Positions 54,583-64,000 of a DNA stretch of 64,000 nt are shown here, in pieces (positions within the stretch are counted from its first letter, which is position 1; each line of letters starts with the position of its first letter). A program made the position numbers and the translations under genes. The notes beneath the pieces are model-generated. The model saw only the letters and a list, made by a program, of their open reading frames with translations. It was not told the origin of the DNA and did not search any database. Source of the stretch: Eledone cirrhosa (taxonomy: Eukaryota); assembly GCA_964016885.1 (NCBI GenBank), contig OZ024743.1, forward strand, positions 114,328,001-114,392,000, in the 5' to 3' direction.

Positions 54583-55276
54583 TATACACCTTACTCTTAT
54601 ATTTTACATATTATTATAATTAGTTTCTTTAATTTAGTTAACCTATAATTAATATTTTACTACAGAGAACTTCATAATTTCATTTCCCTCTTACAGCTTT
54701 CTTTTCCTAAAATTAATACCTAAAAGTATACCTATAAATTAACTTAATTTCCTGTTATGAATCTAGATTCCTTGTAGTTTATATAAGATTGATATTTCTC
54801 ACATCTACACTTATCCCAAAACTTTGCTTTCCTTCGTTTTTAACAACACTCTTTAATAACATCTAATTCTTATTTATCACATTCATATGAATTAATATAA
54901 ATTTATCCCTATAAGTATACCTATCAATTAATTTAATTTTTTGTTATAGATCTAGATTCCTTGTGGTTTAAATAAGATTGGTATTTCTCACTAATTTCAT
55001 TTTCCTTTGTTTTTAACATTATTCTTTAATAACATCAAATTTTCGTGTCCCCTTCACTGGCTTGACATCTTTTCATCCCCAAAGTATTCTTTTCATTCAA
55101 AGTATTCTTTTCATTCAAAACATAAGTCTGCACTCCTCTACCCCTAAATTAAATTTCTACTACAACTATTCTATCAACTTGACCTCTAACTACTTTTCTA
55201 TTGGTCAATTCAAAACCTGTTCCCTTTATAGACCTTTCATATTAAATCTTTGTTCGTTTTTTTCAATAAACAAATC

Positions 55277-55412
55277 TCATCATTTCTGAAGACAGCATGT
55301 ATATGTGAAGGTATGTATATTTCCTCTGATAATTTGTAATATTTTTACATAGATCTATATGATATACATACCAACAGACATATAAATCCTAGAAACGATC
55401 GTAAAATGATGA
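55277..55412 (+). ncRNA. Hammerhead ribozyme with a stem II insertion of about 100 nt (PLE6 tail)
   Basis: TCATCATTT-CTGAAGA-...-GAAA-CGATCG-TA-AAATGATGA: perfect 9-bp stem I and palindrome ACGATCGT; a truncated relative lies at about 55479-55600. Confidence 0.8.
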
Positions 55413-55973
55413 ATTTTTTAATATAAGGAACTTGTTCTTTGTTTTTATTTCATTGTTTTTATTAATTTATATATATATCCGAAAAAGGTGGTATGATCGA
55501 GCCCATATATTATGTCTGATAGTATACAGTTCTCTAACCGCTATAGATCTGTCAATATATCAATATGATCAACCCTCCGAAACGATCGTAAAACAATGAA
55601 TGATATATGTAAAATAACTTGCCTTTATTATCATTGTTAAATAATATAATATGTAATATATCAGACTACCTGAAAGATTGACTCGACGAAATACGGAACC
55701 AATCACTAGATCTCACTGAACTACATGCTAACGGATTACATTGAGTTCTTCTACCTACGGTACACACCCTACCACGAAAGATAGACCACATTGTATGTAT
55801 GTATATATATAAATCAGAATGGATGCAGTCAAAACCAGTTAGACAATTACTCACCAGAGTACTCGATACTTGGGTTAGTAGAGTGGGAAATATGAAAAAT
55901 TCGGTGAGTTCCTGCCGTTTCAACAGAGCTAGCTGTTGAAACGATAGAAGCTCAGCCGTCGGTGTCCCGAATC

Positions 55974-56017
<44 letters not shown>

Positions 56018-56183
56018 GTGTGTGTGTGTGATAAAAATATCGTTTTTTCATAAAAACAATATAAAAAATTGGAAAGAGGTAGGTGGAGAAATTAAAACAC
56101 CTCAAAATACGGTAATTTATTATAATAAACAGTAAAAAAGACTATACTTCATATATATACATACACACATTCATTATATATAT

Positions 56184-56332
56184 ATGCTTTCCAGCATAGT
56201 TACGTCCCTTTACGATCTAAGTTCAAATCCCGCCCAGGTTGACTTTGCCTTTCATCCTTACGGGGTCGATAAAATAAAGTACCAGTAATGCACTGGGTAA
56301 TTGCTGGCCTTGTGCCTAAAGTAGAAACAATT
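56184..56332 (+). mobile_element. tRNA-derived SINE, 5'-truncated
   Basis: Family B-box, core and tail. Confidence 0.85.
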
Positions 56333-56545
56333 ATATATATATATATATATGTATATATGGATATATATATACATGTTAATATAAATTAATATATATGATA
56401 AAACACAAATACCAACATAAAAGTGTTTGTATTGCAAAAGACTAAGTTAGCTAGATTGAAAAATGCTAATTATAATAATACAGTTTGCCTGTCTCGATTT
56501 AAAATAATAAATCAATAAAAACAAACGATATTGGCAAATGGCCGT

Positions 56546-56673
56546 GGTACTTAGACAAATTTAAATTTCAAAATCAAACCTGTTCCGTAGATAAGTTTAA
56601 ACTTCAAAATCCAAATAAGTTTCGAGATGAAAAACTGAAAGAATACCCCGTTCCGTTCTCCTCAGTAAGTACC
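56546..56673 (-). ncRNA. Type I hammerhead ribozyme, long stems II and III
   Basis: Reverse complement of 58013-58140. Confidence 0.8.
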
Positions 56674-57080
56674 CAGAACAATTGGTATGCTTCACTTCAA
56701 AATATTTAAAAAGACTTTTTAACGCACATGGTTTTCCAGTTTCTATCTGCCGCATACTCGTTCTGCTAGAAATAACAGCCGTTTATATGGGGCTAAAGTT
56801 AGCTCTACATAAGGAACAGTGATACTATGAATAATGAGTTCTAAACTCAAGCAGTCCTTTACAATGAAATAGCTCAAAGAAAGAAGTATTTCTGAGCCGT
56901 GTAATACAAGTTAATATAAATTAATATATATGATAAAACACAAATACCAACATAATAGTGTTTGTATTGCAAAAGACTAAGTTAGCTAGATTGAAAAATG
57001 CTAATTATAATAATAAAATTTGCCTGTCTCGATTTAAAATAATAAATCAATAAAAACAAACGATATTGGCAAATGGCCGT

Positions 57081-57208
57081 GGTACTTAGACAAATTTAAA
57101 TTTCAAAATCAAACCTGTTCCGTAGATAAGTTTAAACTTCAAAATCCAAATAAGTTTCGAGATGAAAAAGTGAAAGAATACCCCGTTCCGCTCTCCTCAG
57201 TAAGTACC
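57081..57208 (-). ncRNA. Type I hammerhead ribozyme, long stems II and III
   Basis: Second unit copy, offset 535. Confidence 0.8.
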
Positions 57209-58012
57209 CAGAACAATTGGTATGCTTCACTTCAAAATATTTAAAAAGACTGTTTAACGCACATGGTTTTCCAGTTTCTATCTGCCGCATACTCGTTCTG
57301 CTAGAAATAACAGCCGTTTATATGGGGCTAAAGTTAGCTCTACATAAGGAACAGTGATACTATGAATAATGAGTTCTAAACTCAAGCAGTCCTTTACAAT
57401 GAAATAGCTCAAAGAAAGAAGTATTTCTGAGCCGTGTAATACAAGTTAATATAAATTAATATATATGATAAAACACAAATACCGACATAAAAGTGTTTGT
57501 ATTGCAAAAGACTAAGTTAGCTAGATTGAAAAATACTAATTATATTAATACAGTTTGCCTGTCTCGATTTAAAATAATAAATCAATTTAAATTTGTCTAA
57601 GTACCACGGCCATTTGCCAATATCGTTTGTTTTTATTGATTTATTATTTTAAATCGAGACAGGCAAATTTTATTATTATAATTAGCATTTTTCAATCTAG
57701 CTAACTTAGTCTTTTGCAATACAAACACTATTATGTTGGTATTTGTGTTTTATCACATATATTAATTTATATTAACTTGTATTACACGGCTCAGAAATAC
57801 TTCTTTCTTTGAGCTATTTCATTGTAAAGGACTGCTTGAGTTTAGAACTCATTATTCATAGTATCACTGTTCCTTATGTAGAGCTAACTTTAGCCCCATA
57901 TAAACGGCTGTTATTTCTAGCAGAACGAGTATGCGGCAGATAGAAACTGGAAAACCATGTGCGTTAAACAGTCTTTTAAAATATTTTGAAGTGAAGCATA
58001 CCAATTGTTCTG

Positions 58013-58140
58013 GGTACTTACTGAGGAGAGCGGAACGGGGTATTCTTTTACTTTTTCATCTCGAAACTTATTTGGATTTTGAAGTTTAAACTTATCTACG
58101 GAACAGGTTTGATTTTGAAATTTAAATTTGTCTAAGTACC
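58013..58140 (+). ncRNA. Type I hammerhead ribozyme, long stems II and III
   Basis: GGTACTTA-CTGAGGA-GAG..CTC-GAAA-C..ATTTGGATTTTGAAG/TTTTGAAATTTAAAT..G-TC-TAAGTACC; 8-bp stem I, GUC cleavage site at 58130-58132. Confidence 0.82.
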
Positions 58141-58611
58141 ACAGCCATTTGCCAATATCGTTTGTTTTTATTGATTTATTATTTTAAATCGAGACAGGCA
58201 AACTGTATTATTATAATTAGTATTTTTCAATCTAGCTAACTTAGTCTTTTGCAATACAAACACTTTTATGTTGGTATTTGTGTTTTATCATATATATTAA
58301 TTTATATTAACTTGTATTACACGGCTCAGAAATATTTCTTTCTTTGAGCTATTTCATTGTAAAGGACTGCTTGAGTTTAGAACTCATTATTCTTAGTATA
58401 TATATATATATATATTATATTATATTTAGAGTTTAAACTCAAAGTCATTTACAATTAATTAGCTCAAAGAAAGAAGCATTTCTGTGCAGTGAAGTACAAG
58501 TTAATATATATTAATATATGATAAACACATACGTGTTTGTATTGCAAAAGACTTGCAATACATTTCATTCTAGCTAACTTCGTCTTTTGCAATACAAACA
58601 CGTATGTGTTT

Positions 58612-58677
<66 letters not shown>

Positions 58678-58682
<5 letters not shown>

Positions 58683-59856
58683 ACAGGAGGCTGGACTGGT
58701 GTAAATCCTTGAAAGGTTTATTATACTATGATCATTTCAATGACCGGGTTCCATATGAATCCGGTGATATCATCAGGTATTCGAAATATAACAAAGGAAT
58801 ATGTAAAAACCATGGGTCCGAAAAATCAAGGACAGAGAGGACGACTGACCAACTAGCTGCTTTCACCTCGGCCAGTCGCCCTCAGTATTCGTTTGGTATA
58901 GACGATGGCCTGTCGAAATTGTAGACTTCCCGCTAGCGCACCCGGGGCCTAAGATAGCTACGTTCCTAGAGTACTCGGAAAAATTAATTTCCATTTCTTT
59001 CGCTGGACGGTACCACTCGAAACTGGCTGATACGTGGTTAGGAGGTGCTGGCTGGGATTCACAATCGAAGGTTTTAATCTTTACTCTATATCCCACCCTT
59101 ATCGAGATTAACTTTTTCATATAAGACTCTCTCTGTAAGTTCATTAAATAAATTTTCTAATAATTTTTTTTATTTTTTTATTTATTTATTTTTCAATTTA
59201 TTATTTTTTAATTTAATTTCATCCTCGTAACATAAGTTTAACGTTCCAATTTTCTATTCACACATTAGACCATACAGACACCCATTATATATGCCTTTGT
59301 TAAAATATAGATTCTTTGGAATAACATTTTTCGCGGCGTTTTCTAGCATGACTGTAGTGTGACCCTTACGCTGACTTCTTTATTTTTTCTTCTTTCTTTC
59401 TTCCTTTCTTTCTTCCCCTTTTTTATTCTTTGACGGAGAGGTGGTAGTACATTACAAGCCTTCGCCCCCACCGCAGATGGTCATTAGCAGACCGAGTTGC
59501 CATCACTTTGAGGGCGACTGGCCGAGGTGAAAGCAGCTAGTTGGTCAGTCTCTCTCTGATTTTTTGGACCTATGGTTTTTACATATTCCTTTGTTATATT
59601 TCGAATACCTGATGATATCACCGGATTCATATGGAACCCGGTCATTGAAATGATCATAGTATAATAAGCCTTTCAAGGATTTACACCAGTCCAGCCTCCT
59701 GTTATTTCATTTATAATTAACTCCGTATTCGCACCACCAACTACACAAACGAAGACGGGTGAACTGCACTACGTTGAGTACTCTCCACAATATTACACCA
59801 AGATTGACCATACGGAATGACCAATTCTATCCAGTGGTGAACCAACAAACCTAAAG

Positions 59857-59858
<2 letters not shown>
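58678..59858 (+). mobile_element. 5'-truncated PLE tail with inverted 5' pLTR piece (family of 36138-36495)
   Basis: 58678-58884 is the inverse of 59509-59707; HHRs at 58723-58780 (-) and 59605-59662 (+). Confidence 0.85.
59605..59662 (+). ncRNA. Type I hammerhead ribozyme (mirror copy at 58723-58780, minus strand)
   Basis: ATAC-CTGATGA-..ACCGGATTC/GAACCCGGT..-GAAA-TGATCA-TA-GTAT. Confidence 0.85.
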
Positions 59859-59892
<34 letters not shown>

Positions 59893-60435
59893 GCTGCAAC
59901 TCGATTTCGAGTAATGCCATCGCTTGATATTTAAGTATTTAAGTATGAGCATCATGGACGTGGCGTTTTAGTCCTGCTAGGGACTTGCCTATGGCCAGCA
60001 ATGTTATGCATCGCAAAAACATGTCACATATCAAGCGATGCCTTTGCTTGAAGCTTTTTTACGTGAGGAAAGGCTTTGCACAGAGCCATTCCCACTCTGT
60101 GAACATCGAATGCATTTGCCAAAAAAGAAGAACTGGTCTACTTCATTGGATGCAAACGATATCGTAGGTTTTATATCAGCGTGACCTTCTCCTAGAGAGA
60201 TGTCTTCATGAAAACTAGGAGTCTTTCGCTAAAAACCCCAAACTCTATTGAGTTGACTCTGTGGAGTTCCCCCTCCTTTAGACAGATTTTGTTTTCCATC
60301 CCGCAAGGTGTCGAAAATCACCCTCCTCCCCAAGCAAACTTGGTGTGGTTGTCGGTTTAGTCACAGACGACCTGACCATGCACAGGTTGTACTGGGTAGA
60401 ATGTTACCAGTAGTGCTGAAGAGCGACCTGACATA

Positions 60436-60492
<57 letters not shown>

Positions 60493-60496
<4 letters not shown>

Positions 60497-61028
60497 AAAG
60501 AATAGAGGTGTAACACGCAAGTTATTATATATTGGAAAACGGAATAGAAAATGCTGACAAATTGTTCACAGTTGAAAAATGGTTTAATTAGGAATGAAAG
60601 AGTATTAGTGATTGTATGGGTTAGTATTCAGTTGTGGTTTTAAGTTTTTAAGTTTTTACCGGTTGCGCATTTCTAAATGCTTTTCAAAAATAATTTTGAG
60701 ATAGAGTGTCCGTGCTGTTTGCTCTGATCTGATTAGTTTTGGGAATTCTACCTGTTTTTATGTTAAAAAAGTGGCTCCAGCGTTATTTTTGTGTTGCAAA
60801 AATGCTTGTGGTCAAAACAATTTTGATTGGTCGGTAGAGGTCATGTGAATGTAAAAAGTTGATTTTGCGCCAAGACTGTTTTTATGTTAAAATGTTAAAA
60901 AAGTGGCTCCAGCAAAAATTCTTGGTCAAAACAATTTTGATTGGTCGGTAGAGGTCATGTGGATAAAAAATTGGTTTTGCGCCAAGATTGAGAAATGACT
61001 CTTTCACAACAAATATGTGTGTGTGTGT

Positions 61029-61125
<97 letters not shown>

Positions 61126-62085
61126 TGTGTGTAGTAGTAGTAGTAAGGTGTTCGATGCTGCGACAATGGCCAGCAGCGATGTATGTCAAATGGCTATTAA
61201 GATAAGTGTGTGTGTGTGTGTGTGTATATAGCAGAGTCATTCGAAGGTCAAAAGATATTTTTCAGCTTTTGTCTTATACGGAGAAGTGCGTGTGTGTGTG
61301 TGTATAAGTCTCTTTGTATGTTGATGTACGCGTGTGTATGTGTTTGTGTGTGTGTGTGTGTGTGTGGGGGGGGGGGGGGGTGGACCATAATTTTTTTCCC
61401 CCTGGTAAAATGGTGTACATTATTCGATTTTTTCAGTAAAATCGGTTCTCTTAATAGAACATCAAAAATCTTAACAATAAAAGGTGTGACATGATATTCA
61501 CTATATATATATATATATATATACACACACATACATATATTCACTACATATATATATATATATATACATACATACACACATATATATGCACATATATTTT
61601 TTTGTATTGCACCAGCGCATCAGCAAGGAATCTTACTTCATTAACAAATACGGACCACGTCTAAACACTTCTCCCTAAGACGAACCCACAACATACACAC
61701 GTCAACATACATACCTACATCAGCACACATCTCTACCCACATATAAACACAATGACACACGTAAACACACATGCTCTATGGTGCAATACAAAAAAATATA
61801 TGTGCATATATATGTGTGTATGTATGTATATATATATATATATATATGTAGTGAATATATGTATGTGTGTGTATATATATATATATATATATAGTGAATA
61901 TCATTTCACACCTTTTATTGTTAAGATTTTTGATGTTCTATTAAGAGAACCGATTTTACTGAAAAAATCGAATAATGTACACCATTTTACCAGGGGGAAA
62001 AAATACTGGTCCACCCACACACACACACACACACACATATATACACAAACACATACACACGCGTACATCAACATACAAAGAGACT

Positions 62086-62178
<93 letters not shown>

Positions 62179-62233
62179 TTCTCCGTATAAGACAAAAGCT
62201 GAAAAATATCTTTTGACCTTCGAATGACTCTGC

Positions 62234-62274
<41 letters not shown>

Positions 62275-62343
62275 ATCTTAATAGCCATTTGACACACATC
62301 GCTGCTGGCCATTGTCGCAGCATCGAACACCTTACTACTACTA

Positions 62344-62421
<78 letters not shown>

Positions 62422-62914
62422 ACACACACACACATATTTGTTGTGAAAGAGTCATTTCTCAATCTTGGCGCAAAACCAATTTTTTATCCACATGACCTCT
62501 ACCGACCAATCAAAATTGTTTTGACCAAGAATTTTTGCTGGAGCCACTTTTTTAACATTTTAACATAAAAACAGTCTTGGCGCAAAATCAACTTTTTACA
62601 TTCACATGACCTCTACCGACCAATCAAAATTGTTTTGACCACAAGCATTTTTGCAACACAAAAATAACGCTGGAGCCACTTTTTTAACATAAAAACAGGT
62701 AGAATTCCCAAAACTAATCAGATCAGAGCAAACAGCACGGACACTCTATCTCAAAATTAATTTTGAAAAGCATTTAGAAATGCGCAACCGGTAAAAACTT
62801 AAAAACTTAAAACCACAACTGAATACTAACCCATACAATCACTAATACTCTTTTATTCCTAATTAAACCATTTTTCAACTGTGAACAATTTGTCAGCATT
62901 TTCTATTCCGTTTA

Positions 62915-62921
<7 letters not shown>
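60493..62921. mobile_element. Large fold-back pLTR insertion: arms of about 1.1 kb with a 164-bp spacer
   Basis: 60526-61614 versus 61779-62921; variant HHRs at 60654-60690 (-) and 62759-62796 (+); same family as 35704-36118. Confidence 0.9.
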
Positions 62922-62984
<63 letters not shown>

Positions 62985-63269
62985 ATCTAAACTATAATAA
63001 AGCAAGGAGTGCGGGACTGCGTCCAGAATATATTTTTTTTATCCCGTTTGTAAAATAAGTTGGATTACTTTGAATAAATAATGAATGAATAGTACATAAT
63101 TTATCTACTAAATTTCTTTATTCTTGATTAAATATTAATTATTTTGTTGCTTATTTTAAGATTCACTTCTTTAAAATTTTCAAATGTCAACACTTCCGGG
63201 TAGTGATCGCTTAAATAAACATTCATATATTTCCGTCACTAATTTTCTCCTAATGCAGTTTATATATAA

Positions 63270-63330
63270 CTAGCAGAAATGCCCGGCTTGGCTCGGGGTT
63301 TAATTGCTTTAAAGTACTCTTAATGATTCC
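63270..63330 (-). mobile_element. Probable Helitron 3' terminus
   Basis: A|CTAGCAGAAATGCCCGGCTTGGCTCGGGG is the reverse of a GC hairpin plus CTAG, similar to 50647-50683. Confidence 0.4.
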
Positions 63331-64000
63331 ACTCAATTATGATTATTGAGGCAAAGATTGATATAAGTTCCGCCCAACCAATCGATTTGCAACGGGATAG
63401 AAAGCCCTGTAAAGGGCTTTGCAACACTCTCAGAAGTAGGTAACAATTGAATGTAAGGTAGCCCTGAAAAGGGCCGTGTTATCGTTCTCACAATGGTAAT
63501 AGGAAGTCCTTGAAATGGGTGTAAAACGTTCACAGATGAATAGGGCCTCTCCCTCTTCCACCAACGGCAGCGGACGTGCTGTCCCGAAACTTCATGCTCT
63601 GCGAAAACAGATTGGATGCCCTATGGAGGAAAGAGGGGGAATAAGCATGGGTAAGTAAATGCGGGTAAGTTTGAAAATACACAACAATAGCATCTACTCA
63701 CCATGTCAGACCGGCAAGACTGTAGTGGTGCTGAATAGAGGAGTCACAACACCTCTCTGTAGACCACATTTTTTGTTCTGCCTTTGGGCGCAAGTATGAA
63801 TAAGTTCTGCTTGCATCCGACTCTTGAGCATGCGACGTATAATTGGCCGTGTGAGAAGCATGGCTGGCCTAAATGGAGGCCTGCCGTTGTTAGCGTTTTG
63901 CCTTGGGACTTGTTGATTGACATCGCGAAGCAAAGTTTAACGGGGAATTTAATTCGGCGCAGAGTGCAGGGGAATTCCTTACCTGATGGAGTTAATGGTA

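Larger units (their letters stand above)
56375..58395. mobile_element. 535-bp HHR-containing tandem array (retrozyme/pLTR-like): about 2.3 copies, then about 1.5 inverted copies
   Basis: Unit starts at 56375, 56910, 57445; inversion at about 57585; non-coding; flanked by (TA)n. Confidence 0.9.

Noticed and set aside
63333-64000. GC-richer terminal segment with short ORFs
   Set aside because: Probably a repeat (LINE 5' region or Helitron interior), but no diagnostic motif is visible and it is cut by the window edge

Overview
This is an AT-rich, microsatellite-saturated animal (eukaryotic) genomic window. The SINE content suggests a cephalopod such as octopus, but this is unverified. I see no host gene; nearly all of the ORF track is translated simple repeat. 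The window is a cluster of Penelope-like retroelements (PLEs) inserted into (TA)n/(CA)n tracts. One apparently intact Neptune-like PLE (26992-31442) has identical 249-bp pLTRs and TWO ORFs, with a canonical U_UUU_UUA -1 slippery heptamer in their overlap. Two larger Naiad-like RT/GIY-YIG copies (7584-14116, 20229-23766) are disrupted, and three more Naiad-like copies are 5'-truncated. Dozens of orphan pLTR ends are present. By eye I find about 35 type I hammerhead ribozyme (HHR) motifs from more than 15 sequence families. They include palindromic-stem-III (dimer-type) forms, U3-A8 compensated core variants and forms with long stem II/III insertions. One HHR sits in a 535-bp retrozyme-like tandem array. 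Many insertions are fold-back (inverted pLTR) structures. Also present are tRNA-derived SINEs, non-autonomous Helitrons (one confirmed by an internal empty site), mariner and RTE relics, two MITEs and a 15/45-bp satellite. All structures were read by eye; boundaries may be off by a few bases.
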